Below the pieces are notes generated by a model, which worked only from the letters and a program-made list of their open reading frames with translations, was not told the origin of the DNA and ran no database searches. Shown piece by piece: positions 11,651 through 24,796 of a DNA stretch of 64,000 bases. This DNA is from Eledone cirrhosa. Its lineage: Eukaryota. The number at the start of each line of letters is the position of its first letter. The first letter of the stretch is position 1. The stretch is from contig OZ024740.1 of assembly GCA_964016885.1 (NCBI GenBank), positions 358,236,001 through 358,300,000 on the forward strand, read 5' to 3'. Position numbers and translations under genes: made by a program.

Positions 11651-13258
11651 GCAAATATTAATGTAATCATTTCATGTACACGCGACATTAAAGAGGACAT
11701 AAGCTTAACTCCCAATTTCTGTAACTTTATACGAATGAGAGTTAAATCTTCCACATAAACAAGATAATAATCCATTGCGTGAGAAAACGAGAGAGCCTCT
11801 ATGTGATCATTCAATCTGCTAGAAATAGCAGTAAAATCTTCGCCAAATCACACCCATCAAGCTTAATCAAAGAATGATACATCAGATAAGGTAGTCCAAG
11901 GAATGCCAAATTAAGAGTGGGGTGGTCACGATGAGAATGTATATGATCATGGTTGACCTGGGATAAAATCTATAGTCTGTCTCAAGCCTGGCAGCTCATC
12001 AGACCTGTGTTTAGACCAGTTTCCGTGGCATTAAGCGACTTAGAGTACATGACTCCCCTCTGGTCCATCACAGGGTTAAACCATCAACTATTGTTGGTAC
12101 TCAGTTTCAGCTGAGTATACATGAGCAATGTAAAATGAAGTGTTTTGCTCAAGAACACATCATACAACCCAGTCCAGGAATCGAATCTAAGACATTATGA
12201 TCGTAAGCCCAACACATTTACCACTAGGCCACGCGCCTTCACGACCTTCATAGTCTTGGGCTAAGCAATAGCATAATTAGTCCATTGGGAATAAATTTCG
12301 CAGCTGTTCCACCGTTTATTCAAGATACATGGAGACAGGGCCTCCAAGAGAAATTTTGCAAGGCGGTACAAAACCCATTTGGGGCCCGAAATAGGCAAAG
12401 ATTTTTCTCAAAATGGATGTTGCATGGTTGTTAAGGCGCCTTCTTGGCTCTTGGGCCCCGCAACAAAGTGCCGACTGGATCCCCGTCACATAGACCCTGC
12501 ATGGAGACAATAAAATGTTTGATACAAAGACTTGACAACACGATTAAAATATATTTGAACTTAATAAATAGATGATTATTCTGCACTATATTCATGTAGT
12601 CAATTATAGCCAATTGCTGTTTATGTACAGAAAAAAAAGAGCATATCTCTTTATTTAGTGTTTAACTTTAAGTTGATAAAAACAGCTGATAACCAAGTCA
12701 GTTCTTTCCTACACACATATATCGTGAATGTGTCCAGAGTCAGAATGCTTTATCTTTGATTTGCAGATTAAAATTTAACATTAAGTGCTTAATTTGACTG
12801 CACATACTTACACACTCACATGTGAGTCAGAATACTTTCTAATTAACAGTCATACGCTGTTTAATTAAAAAGAATTATACTAGTTGTGTATCGTCACATT
12901 TTTAATGGAACAAAATTATGTTGCTTTCTTTGAAAAGCTGAAAGAACTGGCATAGAACGCCGGATTACCCAGTACTAGATTTAGACCTTGTGGGGCCCGG
13001 GGCAGTTCAGGTTATGTGGCCTCTCATATTACAACACACAGACACAGATACACACACATACACGCACACACATGCGTGAAGAAGCAGGAAGAGAGAGAGA
13101 AAGGATAGATAGATAGAGAGGAAGAGAGCGAGAGAGAGAGAGAGAGACTGCAGAGACTGAATAGAGAGGAAAAATTTCAATTTCTTAAAATAAATACATC
13201 AGCCCACTACCAGATATGAGGTCAAATAATGGAAGTAGCAAAAGAATGGCTATTTTAT

Positions 13259-13364
<106 letters not shown>

Positions 13365-15341
13365 ATACACATACATAAACATAAATATATATACACATCA
13401 AGCATCATCATTGATAAACTATGCATGCACTCAAACACATGCTATATACAGCAGCTCCCTCTACTTTCACCAACTGGTGTCGTTAAAGTAAAAAAACAAA
13501 ACATTATAAATTAGCTCAAAGCGACATCAATTACATTTTTAAAAGCATACTCTCTAACAGATACAATTATATTTATGATCAGGGCCCCATTCTTAAAAGG
13601 TCGCAGGAGCTCTGATTGAAGTGGAGGCCCTGCTCGAAGAAGTATCCCTGTTCGAAGAGGAGAACCCTGTTTGATTGGGGGTGGGGCCTGGGCATTGCCC
13701 CTATCCCGATAAATCTGAACCTGGAACTACTTATCAGCCGAAGAGAAACTGATCAGTTACTACTCTTCCGCTGCATTCCTGCTAAAAACACCTAATTTAT
13801 GTATATTAAGTTTAACAAAATAAATAGGTACCATGGATAGGTAAATTTAATTGCGGTAAGCAGTGGGACAAAAAAAATCTGTTAATCAGCGAATGTTTCA
13901 TTAGGTTTCTGTAGTAAAGTTAAATCCGTCTATAGGTAATGCTAAAAAGAGTTTGTCTCGCATTTAGTGGATAGTTCTACATATTGTTGGTGGTGCTGTG
14001 TAGTCCCAGATCAGTTATCATCGAGCTGTCATATGACTAAAAGCATTTCAGCAGTGAGCATACTATCTTTTGTCAGACATAATTATCTAAGACTGCATTG
14101 CGTATTGTATACTTCCCTTTTTAAAACAATACTGAGTAATTTGAAGGAGATTAGGATGTTACTTCTAGCAGCATGAATAATCATCTAGAAACCACTCATT
14201 GATTCGCACATATTGTTTAGGAACTGTAATATCATAGCTCTTCTATATTTTCTTTTCTAATGATTTGCAATCATTCTTTTCTTTTTATTGCAGTTATTCT
14301 GCCAACGATAGATCACTCCCAGAAATCCTCTTGCCTCACATTTTCCCACTTAGCCACCGTTTTGTTTAATTTCTTAATTTTCAATTCCTACATTAAATTT
14401 GAACTCTCTAATCATCTCTTTCTGTACCTAATCCTCAGTTACCTTACTCTCGTTTTAAATAAATCTTAATCCTTCATCTATTTAAAAAGTAGCAGTATCA
14501 GCAATGTCTAGTATGGTTCATTTAACTGACTGTTTCATCTCACAAAATGAATGTAGTCTTGTGTTTATGCCATTTTTTCATGGCGTGGTTAAAGGCGGAA
14601 AGGCAGCAACTATGATATTCTTCGGGGCTTCTGACATAGGCGGAATACTTACAAACCATTGCAGACCAATGACATAGGTGGAATACTTACCAAAAAATCA
14701 ATTCCTTTAAATGCACAAAAGGGCCAGTTGGGAATGTTAGGCTAGGTAATGGATTAAGTCTACCATCCCTGCTGCACAGTTTTAATCTACCAAATTTCCT
14801 TTACAGGATTTTGGTCGATATTAGTTTATGGTAGAAGACACTTGCCAGTAGTACCGCGCAGTGGGATTGAACCCGAAACGATACGGAAACGAAGCAAATT
14901 TCTTAACCACACAGCCCATTATATACAGAAAGTAAAGTTAAGCGTTTTAGTTTACTGTGAGTAGAGGAAATATATATGTCAAGTCGTGCTATTGTCCAAA
15001 GAAAAGTCCTTCTACACAAATAAGTATTACTTCATATTTGACGGCATCCTTCTGACTCATCACACTTCGAACCATTTCAAACCAAGCAACCCACTTTAGT
15101 GACTATCCTTGAAATTATACACAAAATCAACATCAACAAGACTAACGTCAACAACTTCAATAGACCCACTCAGTATTTTAACTGCACTGACTAATAGACA
15201 TAAACGAACACCTACGAGAATTTAAATTGTTTTGCGAAAATCATGAGATAAGGGCATTGGCAACTGCCCTTCGAAATTAGGAGGAAATTCCGGTAGAGCA
15301 AGAAAGAAAAAAAAACACGCAAAGAAATCGAAAAAAACCCA

Positions 15342-16140
15342 TTCTTCTTCTTCTTCTTCTTCTTCTTCTTCTTCTTCTTCTTCTTCTTCTTCTTCTTCTT
15401 CTTCTTCTTCTTCTTCTTCTTCTTCTTCTTCTTCTTCTTCTTCTTCTTCACCGATCTCATGGGTGTCATCCAACCAACTTGCTTGTGGTCTACTCCTGGA
15501 TCACATGTTAGTTGGTTTTGCTCGTAAAATTTGTCCATTGATTTATTCCTTAGACCTTGTAACCATATATCCATATTACCCGAGCTGTAATCTCTCAATT
15601 CAGAGAAGTAGTGGCTCTACCCGGAGTGACCATCTCATCTCCGAGCTACACACCATCGATAACATTACTCCAAAGACCCTTTATAGGAACCGCATTTCGG
15701 CCGCTTGTATTCGCGATCCTATCCGTTCGGTCATTACCCAAGATTCTTGACCAGAAGTAAGAGTAGGTACGATTTCAACTGCTTTATGGATTTCGAATTG
15801 ATCTCCATAATATGAATTATACTCTTATGTTACATGTCCTCATGTCAAAGCTAGAACATATTTTTTTCACTAAATACTAGCTGACAACCAACTGAGCACA
15901 TGGATGTTGACTTTCTAACCACATATCCATAGTACCAGAGAGGCAGCGGCTCTGCCCAGAGCGACTCCCTCATCTCCAAGCTATGCACCCTAACGAGTAA
16001 CGTTACTCCAAAAACGCTTCGAAGGGACCTCATTTCGGCCACTTCTATTCACAATCGTATCTTTTCGGTCATTATCCAAGATTCATGACCAGGGCTAAGA
16101 GTAGGGACGATCACCAACTTTAGGATAGCGAATTTGGCTT
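15342..16140 (-). mobile_element. RTE-type LINE 3' remnants (two partial copies) with (GAA)n tail
   Basis: (TTC)n 15342-15449 is the tail; minus-strand peptides such as AEMRSLRSVFGVTLLVRVHSLEMRESL resemble the RTE ORF C-terminus; related to 58610-59220. Confidence 0.75.
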
Positions 16141-16187
16141 TTACACCTACTTTTACTTCCTCTGAAGATTGAGTTCTGAAGTAACAA

Positions 16188-16352
16188 CAATTGTTTCTAC
16201 TTTTGGCACAAGGCCAGCAATTACCCCCCAGTGCATTACTGGCGCTTGATTTTAGGCAAAGTTGACCTTGGTTGGATTTGAACTCAGAACGTAAAGGAGC
16301 ATAACTCTATGCTGAAAAGCAAGGTGTCTGACGCTCTACCGATACTGCCAAT
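16188..16352 (-). mobile_element. SINE family 1 copy
   Basis: ggatttgaactcagaacg (reverse B box) plus aattgtttctacttttggcacaaggccag tail. Confidence 0.8.
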
Positions 16353-16430
16353 AATGGTTAGTTAATAGCCGGGCAATAACAGAGTATATAATAAGCAGTG
16401 CATGATATTATTATATTTGTTTATTTATTT

Positions 16431-16483
<53 letters not shown>

Positions 16484-16706
16484 TTCGTTTCTGAATTTGT
16501 TTAGCAAGATTCTTTATCTGAAATCGTGTGTTGAAACCGATATTGTTATACTTTGGGAGGGTCATGTTGCCAATAAGAAACACACGCACCAGTTGCTTTC
16601 ACTTCAATTTAATTTATTATATATTTATAAATTTACAAATTTATAAATTTATAAATTTCTGGTTGGTTGGTTGGTTCCACAACCAGATAGTTGTTTATAT
16701 ATATAT

Positions 16707-16751
16707 AGTCATAGTTCTTTCGTCACACACTCTGTGACCTCTTCAGTGACT
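16707..16751 (-). ncRNA. Minimal type I hammerhead ribozyme (inverted pLTR copy)
   Basis: Reverse complement of 20422-20466. Confidence 0.85.
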
Positions 16752-17064
16752 GGGGATTTCTTTCTTCGTTTCTGTGCCTTTCCTTTCTTCTATCCTACGC
16801 CATTTTGTTTGTGTGTGGGTTGCGTGCTCAGTTTGCGCATGCGCCACATCCGGGTGTCTGTGTGTGTTTGTGTTCATTTTTCTATTTTTCTATTTTTCTA
16901 TTTATATTTGTTTGTTTATTTATTTATTTATTGTTGGTTGGTTGTTTGTTCTATGTGTGTGTGTGTTTTCATTTTTTCATTTTGTCTTGTGTGTGTTTTC
17001 ATTTTGTGTGTGTTTTCAATTGTAAGTTGTTTGTTCTATGTGTGTGTGTGTTTTCATTTTGTCC

Positions 17065-19475
17065 TTAATTGTAAGTTGTGATGTTGCTGTTCCACTCATA
17101 TTTTCTATTTAATTTTGGTTTTAATTCTTTTATGCTTACTGCCTCTGTAATTTGCCTAAACATTGCGTCTTTCTTGTGTGTGGATTCTATTTTTATTTCT
17201 ATGCTCTCTAATTTACCCCTGTGTTCTATCTTAGCATGTTGGTAGAGCACAGATGATTCTTTACTATCTTGGAGGTCTCGCCAGTGTTCATTTATTCGTT
17301 CCCCTATACTACGAGCTGTCTCACCTATGTACACTATATTTTTGTTTCTACATTGTCCTTCAGTACATCTTATGCTATATACTACATTTCTAGTTTTACA
17401 GTTAATATGGGGGCTTATTTTACAGGTTATACATTTCTTATCTATACATGAGGGTCTTTGGAACGGGTATGTCTTGCTAATAAGTGTTTTTACGGAGGTA
17501 CCAGGTCTTTCTACTATCTTAATATTGAGATTATGTTTCTTTAGGGCCCTTCTAAATTTGTAGGCTAGTTCGCCTCTAGGGGTTGTATTGATGAACATTA
17601 CACTCTGGTATTTATTGCTATCATACCATGAGTTTATTCTATTGGCCTTGTTCTTAGTTCTTTCTATTCTATTCCAAAATTTGCTCCTATACAAGGGGCA
17701 GGTCCCATTTATGTCATTATTTACCATTTTTTCCCATTTGGTTCTGGCTCCTTTATACACTCTGATTCTATCTCTCTGATTGTAGCCAGAGAACTGCATA
17801 CGGTGGATGAAGTGTTGTATGTGTCTCTCTAGTTCTTCGGGGTTGCACATGCGGGACACATTTCTCATCACCCGTACCAAATCCGCAATCAGTATGTTGA
17901 TTTTGGTATGGTCCGAAATGGCCGAGTTTCGGTGGATCAGATGTTTGGAAGTCATGGGTTTGGCATAATGGGAATGGAGGATTTGTTTTTGGTTGTTAAT
18001 AGTATCTAACCAGAGCTCTGTGTCTAGTACAGGTAATCGATGGTTGGGGTGTCTACTTGGGTAGTCTATAGTAACTCTAATGCTCTGGTGGATGGAGTTT
18101 GCTATTTGCTGGATGCTTTCCATTGTGTTTTTCTCTGGTTCCTGACTGTTCTTTAGTGGGGGTGTCTTAACTACGATGTTTATATCATCTACGTAGCGGG
18201 AGTACATTATCAGGGTTAAGCTGTCTTCTAATTGTTCATTAAGTTTTTGTTTAAGTCTACTGTCCCACCATACCATGAATAAGTTAGCTATGTCGCCTGC
18301 AATGCTAACACCAATGGCTGCTCCTTCCTCTTGGGCATATGTTTTACCATTAAATTTGAACATATGTTCCTTAAGGGTTAATTTTATGCTGGCCCCTACC
18401 GCATGTGCAATCATTTTCTTCAGTTCATCGTGGTTTTCGGGTGTCCGTATGGCTCTGGTCCACCCATTCCATCTATCTGTGTGGGTTTTCTTGGGCATTG
18501 AGGTAATGGTAGGTGGTCTGCCTCTTGCTGGTCTTGTAGGGCACAGGTTGCTAAGGTCGTAAGTGTCTAGGTAACTATTGCTATGGGTAAGCTTAAGTAG
18601 AAGTCCCAGCTCACTGGTATCAATCCCACGGAACTCAACCTTGCTCTCGCTGATCATTTCGACGCATTTCTCCACAGCAAAATCCACGTCAATAGATGGA
18701 TACAGGGACACAACATCCATACTGCCTATTATGCAGTTTGTTAGGTCCCCAGATCGGTTGCCCGCGCCGATTCTGCTGAGGAGGTCCTCGGTGCTGTCAC
18801 ACACATCTGGGGACATCTCAATGATGGGGCGTATGATCAGGGAGAGGAAGTAGGACAGTCTGTAGTTACTAGCAATGTTAGCCCCACAGACTGGCCGTGT
18901 TGGTGGTCCCGCGACAGGGTCCCAGCCCGTTTTATGGTCTTTTCGAAGCCCATACAACGCCGGCACGTCATTGTTCCAGGCCTGGAAGTTGTTGGCAGTC
19001 CTTTTGTTGGGCTGCATTATATTTGTCCACATCACCATATGGGCATTGAGGGTTTTTTCTCTATCCTCATGCTCCTGTGGTGTTACCTCTCTTGTGTTAG
19101 TGATGTGGGGTTGCATTGCCTGGATGTAGTTTGGCAGGCTGTCAACCGACATTCTGCCAGACTTGTCTGTTGGAAAGCATGCTATCTCTCCATTACGCGA
19201 GCGCTGCATGAGCTTACGCAAGCCATTTGCAGATTCTTCTCCCAGTTGCTGGGCCTCTATTCTATTATGCTTCTTGCTATACTGTTCTATAATATTTCTA
19301 AGTTCGGATTTAGCTATACTAAATTGTGCTTCTGTTTGTTCATCGACCTGCGACGGCAACTGCGTGCGTTTGTTAAATGGCAAAGTCGTGGCGTGGACTC
19401 GTCGTAGGTCGAATGATTTATCGGAGGGGTTATAAAACGGAGAGTTCCAGGCTGCTGCTTTATGTGTACTAGTGC
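17065..19475 (-). pseudogene. 5'-truncated inverted copy of the PLE ORF; RT and GIY-YIG remain open
   Basis: 772-aa ORF identical to the C-terminal part of 20608-24483 except LPVLD vs LHVLD. Confidence 0.9.
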
Positions 19476-20108
19476 CCCTTGTACAGGAGCAAATTTTGGA
19501 ATAGAATAGAAAGAACTAAGAACAAGGCCAATAGAATAAACTCATGGTATGATAGCAATAAATACCAGAGTGTAATGTTCATCAATACAACCCCTAGAGG
19601 CGAACTAGCCTACAAATTTAGAAGGGCCCTAAAGAAACATAATCTCAATATTAAGATAGTAGAAAGACCTGGTACCTCCGTAAAAACACTTATTAGCAAG
19701 ACATACCCGTTCCAAAGACCCTCATGTATAGATAAGAAATGTATAACCTGTAAAATAAGCCCCCATATTAACTGTAAAACTAGAAATGTAGTATATAGCA
19801 TAAGATGTACTGAAGGACAATGTAGAAACAAAAATATAGTGTACATAGGTGAGACAGCTCGTAGTATAGGGGAACGAATAAATGAACACTGGCGAGACCT
19901 CCAAGATAGTAAAGAATCATCTGTGCTCTACCAACATGCTAAGATAGAACACAGGGGTAAATTAGAGAGCATAGAAATAAAAATAGAATCCACACACAAG
20001 AAAGACGCAATGTTTAGGCAAATTACAGAGGCAGTAAGCATAAAAGAATTAAAACCAAAATTAAATAGAAAATATGAGTGGAACAGCAACATCACAACTT
20101 ACAATTAA
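19473..20108 (+). pseudogene. GIY-YIG-coding segment in the upstream partial direct repeat
   Basis: Translation matches the last ~209 aa of the full ORF; begins at the inversion junction, so it has no true start. Confidence 0.9.
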
Positions 20109-20421
20109 GGACAAAATGAAAACACACACACACATAGAACAAACAACTTACAATTGAAAACACACACAAAATGAAAACACACACAAGACAAAATGAAAAA
20201 ATGAAAACACACACACACATAGAACAAACAACCAACCAACAATAAATAAATAAATAAACAAACAAATATAAATAGAAAAATAGAAAAATAGAAAAATGAA
20301 CACAAACACACACAGACACCCGGATGTGGCGCATACGCAAACTGAGCACGCAACCCACACACAAACAAAATGGCGTAGGATAGAAGAAAGGAAAGGCACA
20401 GAAACGAAGAAAGAAATCCCC

Positions 20422-20466
20422 AGTCACTGAAGAGGTCACAGAGTGTGTGACGAAAGAACTATGACT
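20422..20466 (+). ncRNA. Minimal type I hammerhead ribozyme in the 5' pLTR
   Basis: agtca CUGAAGA ggtcaca gagtg tgtgac GAAA gaac UA tgact; predicted cleavage after A20461. Confidence 0.88.
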
Positions 20467-20607
20467 ATATATATATAAACAACTATCTGGTTGTGGAACC
20501 AACCAACCAACCAGAAATTTATAAATTTATAAATTTGTAAATTTATAAATATATAATAAATTAAATTGAAGTGAAAGCAACTGGTGCGTGTGTTTCTTAT
20601 TGGCAAC

Positions 20608-23600
20608 ATGACCCTCCCAAAGTATAACAATATCGGTTTCAACACACGATTTCAGATAAAGAATCTTGCTAAACAAATTCAGAAACGAAATATCGTAAGC
20701 CTTAGCCAGGCTAACAAGATACTGAAAACCACCATGTTCTGTTGTCTACGAAAAACCATAACATCTCGACAACTACACTTCATAAAACTGTGCACCACTT
20801 CTAGAATCTACACCAACACCATCAATACCGACGTTAGAAGATTACAACTCACCAAAAAACAAGCAGATAGGCTAAAACGAACTTTAATTCTAAACATAAA
20901 AAAGAAGATCTATAGAGAATTAAGTCATCAAGAAAAACTAAAGCGTAACCTAATAGATGAAATATCTAAAATCACCACACCAGCAGAAAAACTAACATTT
21001 ATAAGCCTTATACGCCCCGAAGAACAGTACATTACTCAAGAATGTAATAAGCACTTTAACAGAAAATTAAAGTGGCTTAAACAGGCAAAGCTAAATCGGG
21101 ATACTATAGAGTATACCAATAGATATCCCGACAAAATTGACGGTATCAACATGGCCGACACCTCATTATCTGAAGAGTTCAACAATGAAAATACCAACAT
21201 TTATGGAAACACGGAAATAGATAATAATGAAATGTCTGTGTTACGTCTGCCACCCAAATTTGCGACATTCAAGAAGGTAAATATGATTAGTTGTCTGTCA
21301 GAAATAGAAAAATCATTTACGAAACTACGCTGGAGCATCAAAAACAAAAACAAAAGCAACAATATACGCACACACATATACAACACACATCCCAACAACA
21401 ACAGACACACAGACACAAACAACAATAACAACAACAATAGCAACATACCCAGATACAACAACAACAATAGCAACATACCCAGATACAACAACAACAATAG
21501 CAACATACCCAGATACAACAACAACAATAGCAACATACCCAGATACAACAGACACGCAGACACAAACAACAATAACAACACACACGGAGACAACAATAAC
21601 AACAACACACACATCAACAACAACAACAATAGCAACATACCCAGATACAACAACAACAGACACGCAAACACAAACAACAATAACACACACAACAACGATA
21701 ACACACACACACACGGAGACAACAACAACACACATCAACAACAACACACATCAACAACAACACACACGCATTCAATGCCTCTCACCACCACCACAATCTT
21801 AACAAACACACAGACACAGAAAACAAGTAATGACAGTAGCACAGAAATCAGAGAAATAAGAGAAAGTAATAGGATTAAAAGGAAAAGGAGATGGGAGACT
21901 AAGGACAAAGAGAATAACCAAGACGAACACACAGACACACAAAATAGGGTAGATAACAACATTGAGCCAGTGGAAAGAGACAGGAGTAATTATGAGAGAC
22001 ATAGAAATAACCATGAAGCTGAGGCTGCTGCTGTTGGTGGAAATAGAAACAACACAACTAACAATAACAATAGCACTAGTACACATAAAGCAGCAGCCTG
22101 GAACTCTCCGTTTTATAACCCCTCCGATAAATCATTCGACCTACGACGAGTCCACGCCACGACTTTGCCATTTAACAAACGCACGCAGTTGCCGTCGCAG
22201 GTCGATGAACAAACAGAAGCACAATTTAGTATAGCTAAATCCGAACTTAGAAATATTATAGAACAGTATAGCAAGAAGCATAATAGAATAGAGGCCCAGC
22301 AACTGGGAGAAGAATCTGCAAATGGCTTGCGTAAGCTCATGCAGCGCTCGCGTAATGGAGAGATAGCATGCTTTCCAACAGACAAGTCTGGCAGAATGTC
22401 GGTTGACAGCCTGCCAAACTACATCCAGGCAATGCAACCCCACATCACTAACACAAGAGAGGTAACACCACAGGAGCATGAGGATAGAGAAAAAACCCTC
22501 AATGCCCATATGGTGATGTGGACAAATATAATGCAGCCCAACAAAAGGACTGCCAACAACTTCCAGGCCTGGAACAATGACGTACCGGCGTTGTATGGGC
22601 TTCGAAAAGACCATAAAACGGGCTGGGACCCTGTCGCGGGACCACCAACACGGCCAGTCTGTGGGGCTAACATTGCTAGTAACTACAGACTGTCCTACTT
22701 CCTCTCCCTGATCATACGCCCCATCATTGAGATGTCTCCAGATGTGTGTGACAGCACCGAGGACCTCCTCAGCAGAATCGGCGCGGGTAACCGATCTGGG
22801 GACCTAACAAACTGCATAATAGGCAGTATGGATGTTGTGTCCCTGTATCCATCTATTGACGTGGATTTTGCTGTGGAGAAATGCGTCGAAATGATCAGCG
22901 AGAGCAAGGTTGAGTTCCGTGGGATTGATACCAGTGAGCTGGGACTTCTACTTAAGCTTACCCATAGCAATAGTTACCTAGACACTTACGACCTTAGCAA
23001 CCTGTGCCCTACAAGACCAGCAAGAGGCAGACCACCTACCATTACCTCAATGCCCAAGAAAACCCACACAGATAGATGGAATGGGTGGACCAGAGCCATA
23101 CGGACACCCGAAAACCACGATGAACTGAAGAAAATGATTGCACATGCGGTAGGGGCCAGCATAAAATTAACCCTTAAGGAACATATGTTCAAATTTAATG
23201 GTAAAACATATGCCCAAGAGGAAGGAGCAGCCATTGGTGTTAGCATTGCAGGCGACATAGCTAACTTATTCATGGTATGGTGGGACAGTAGACTTAAACA
23301 AAAACTTAATGAACAATTAGAAGACAGCTTAACCCTGATAATGTACTCCCGCTACGTAGATGATATAAACATCGTAGTTAAGACACCCCCACTAAAGAAC
23401 AGTCAGGAACCAGAGAAAAACACAATGGAAAGCATCCAGCAAATAGCAAACTCCATCCACCAGAGCATTAGAGTTACTATAGACTACCCAAGTAGACACC
23501 CCAACCATCGATTACATGTACTAGACACAGAGCTCTGGTTAGATACTATTAACAACCAAAAACAAATCCTCCATTCCCATTATGCCAAACCCATGACTTC

Positions 23601-24483
23601 CAAACATCTGATCCACCGAAACTCGGCCATTTCGGACCATACCAAAATCAACATACTGATTGCGGATTTGGTACGGGTGATGAGAAATGTGTCCCGCATG
23701 TGCAACCCCGAAGAACTAGAGAGACACATACAACACTTCATCCACCGTATGCAGTTCTCTGGCTACAATCAGAGAGATAGAATCAGAGTGTATAAAGGAG
23801 CCAGAACCAAATGGGAAAAAATGGTAAATAATGACATAAATGGGACCTGCCCCTTGTATAGGAGCAAATTTTGGAATAGAATAGAAAGAACTAAGAACAA
23901 GGCCAATAGAATAAACTCATGGTATGATAGCAATAAATACCAGAGTGTAATGTTCATCAATACAACCCCTAGAGGCGAACTAGCCTACAAATTTAGAAGG
24001 GCCCTAAAGAAACATAATCTCAATATTAAGATAGTAGAAAGACCTGGTACCTCCGTAAAAACACTTATTAGCAAGACATACCCGTTCCAAAGACCCTCAT
24101 GTATAGATAAGAAATGTATAACCTGTAAAATAAGCCCCCATATTAACTGTAAAACTAGAAATGTAGTATATAGCATAAGATGTACTGAAGGACAATGTAG
24201 AAACAAAAATATAGTGTACATAGGTGAGACAGCTCGTAGTATAGGGGAACGAATAAATGAACACTGGCGAGACCTCCAAGATAGTAAAGAATCATCTGTG
24301 CTCTACCAACATGCTAAGATAGAACACAGGGGTAAATTAGAGAGCATAGAAATAAAAATAGAATCCACACACAAGAAAGACGCAATGTTTAGGCAAATTA
24401 CAGAGGCAGTAAGCATAAAAGAATTAAAACCAAAATTAAATAGAAAATATGAGTGGAACAGCAACATCACAACTTACAATTAA
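20608..24483 (+). CDS. Penelope-like polyprotein: N-terminal domain, Asn-rich insert, reverse transcriptase, Cys-rich linker, GIY-YIG endonuclease (1291 aa from first ATG)
   Basis: Motifs TDKSG, LYGLRKDHK, TRPVC, SMDVVSLYPSID, QEEGAAIG, SRYVDD, SGY; linker CIDKKCITCKISPHINC; NVVYSIRC...YIGETARSIGERINEH; EAVSI...LN. Confidence 0.97.
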   Translation: MTLPKYNNIGFNTRFQIKNLAKQIQKRNIVSLSQANKILKTTMFCCLRKTITSRQLHFIKLCTTSRIYTNTINTDVRRLQLTKKQADRLKRTLILNIKKKIYRELSHQEKLKRNLIDEISKITTPAEKLTFISLIRPEEQYITQECNKHFNRKLKWLKQAKLNRDTIEYTNRYPDKIDGINMADTSLSEEFNNENTNIYGNTEIDNNEMSVLRLPPKFATFKKVNMISCLSEIEKSFTKLRWSIKNKNKSNNIRTHIYNTHPNNNRHTDTNNNNNNNSNIPRYNNNNSNIPRYNNNNSNIPRYNNNNSNIPRYNRHADTNNNNNTHGDNNNNNTHINNNNNSNIPRYNNNRHANTNNNNTHNNDNTHTHGDNNNTHQQQHTSTTTHTHSMPLTTTTILTNTQTQKTSNDSSTEIREIRESNRIKRKRRWETKDKENNQDEHTDTQNRVDNNIEPVERDRSNYERHRNNHEAEAAAVGGNRNNTTNNNNSTSTHKAAAWNSPFYNPSDKSFDLRRVHATTLPFNKRTQLPSQVDEQTEAQFSIAKSELRNIIEQYSKKHNRIEAQQLGEESANGLRKLMQRSRNGEIACFPTDKSGRMSVDSLPNYIQAMQPHITNTREVTPQEHEDREKTLNAHMVMWTNIMQPNKRTANNFQAWNNDVPALYGLRKDHKTGWDPVAGPPTRPVCGANIASNYRLSYFLSLIIRPIIEMSPDVCDSTEDLLSRIGAGNRSGDLTNCIIGSMDVVSLYPSIDVDFAVEKCVEMISESKVEFRGIDTSELGLLLKLTHSNSYLDTYDLSNLCPTRPARGRPPTITSMPKKTHTDRWNGWTRAIRTPENHDELKKMIAHAVGASIKLTLKEHMFKFNGKTYAQEEGAAIGVSIAGDIANLFMVWWDSRLKQKLNEQLEDSLTLIMYSRYVDDINIVVKTPPLKNSQEPEKNTMESIQQIANSIHQSIRVTIDYPSRHPNHRLHVLDTELWLDTINNQKQILHSHYAKPMTSKHLIHRNSAISDHTKINILIADLVRVMRNVSRMCNPEELERHIQHFIHRMQFSGYNQRDRIRVYKGARTKWEKMVNNDINGTCPLYRSKFWNRIERTKNKANRINSWYDSNKYQSVMFINTTPRGELAYKFRRALKKHNLNIKIVERPGTSVKTLISKTYPFQRPSCIDKKCITCKISPHINCKTRNVVYSIRCTEGQCRNKNIVYIGETARSIGERINEHWRDLQDSKESSVLYQHAKIEHRGKLESIEIKIESTHKKDAMFRQITEAVSIKELKPKLNRKYEWNSNITTYN
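21340..21800 (+). repeat. In-frame AAC/AC-rich low-complexity region with 30-bp tandem repeat (NNNNSNIPRY)
   Basis: aacaacaatagcaacatacccagatacaac x4 at ~21431-21550, plus a fifth copy near 21622-21651. Confidence 0.95.
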
Positions 24484-24796
24484 GGACAAAATGAAAACAC
24501 ACACACACATAGAACAAACAACTTACAATTGAAAACACACACAAAATGAAAACACACACAAGACAAAATGAAAAAATGAAAACACACACACACATAGAAC
24601 AAACAACCAACCAACAATAAATAAATAAATAAACAAACAAATATAAATAGAAAAATAGAAAAATAGAAAAATGAACACAAACACACACAGACACCCGGAT
24701 GTGGCGCATGCGCAAACTGAGCACGCAACCCACACACAAACAAAATGGCGTAGGATAGAAGAAAGGTAAGGCACAGAAACGAAGAAAGAAATCCCC

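Noticed and set aside
15212-15598. Poly-K / poly-E ORFs
   Set aside because: Translation of the (GAA)n tail of an RTE remnant.
16671-19435. Antisense ORFs over the PLE, repeated at 20092-24877
   Set aside because: Shadow frames of A/C-biased PLE sequence; they recur only because of the duplication.
16480-19475. Inverted arm as a pure assembly or chimeric-read artefact
   Set aside because: The arm has its own substitutions, a different end point and a microhomology junction. Not fully excluded without reads.
21431-21550. Regular 30-bp repeats, and the 31-bp repeats at 5450-5530, as a CRISPR array
   Set aside because: Tandem with no unique spacers; eukaryotic context; no cas genes.
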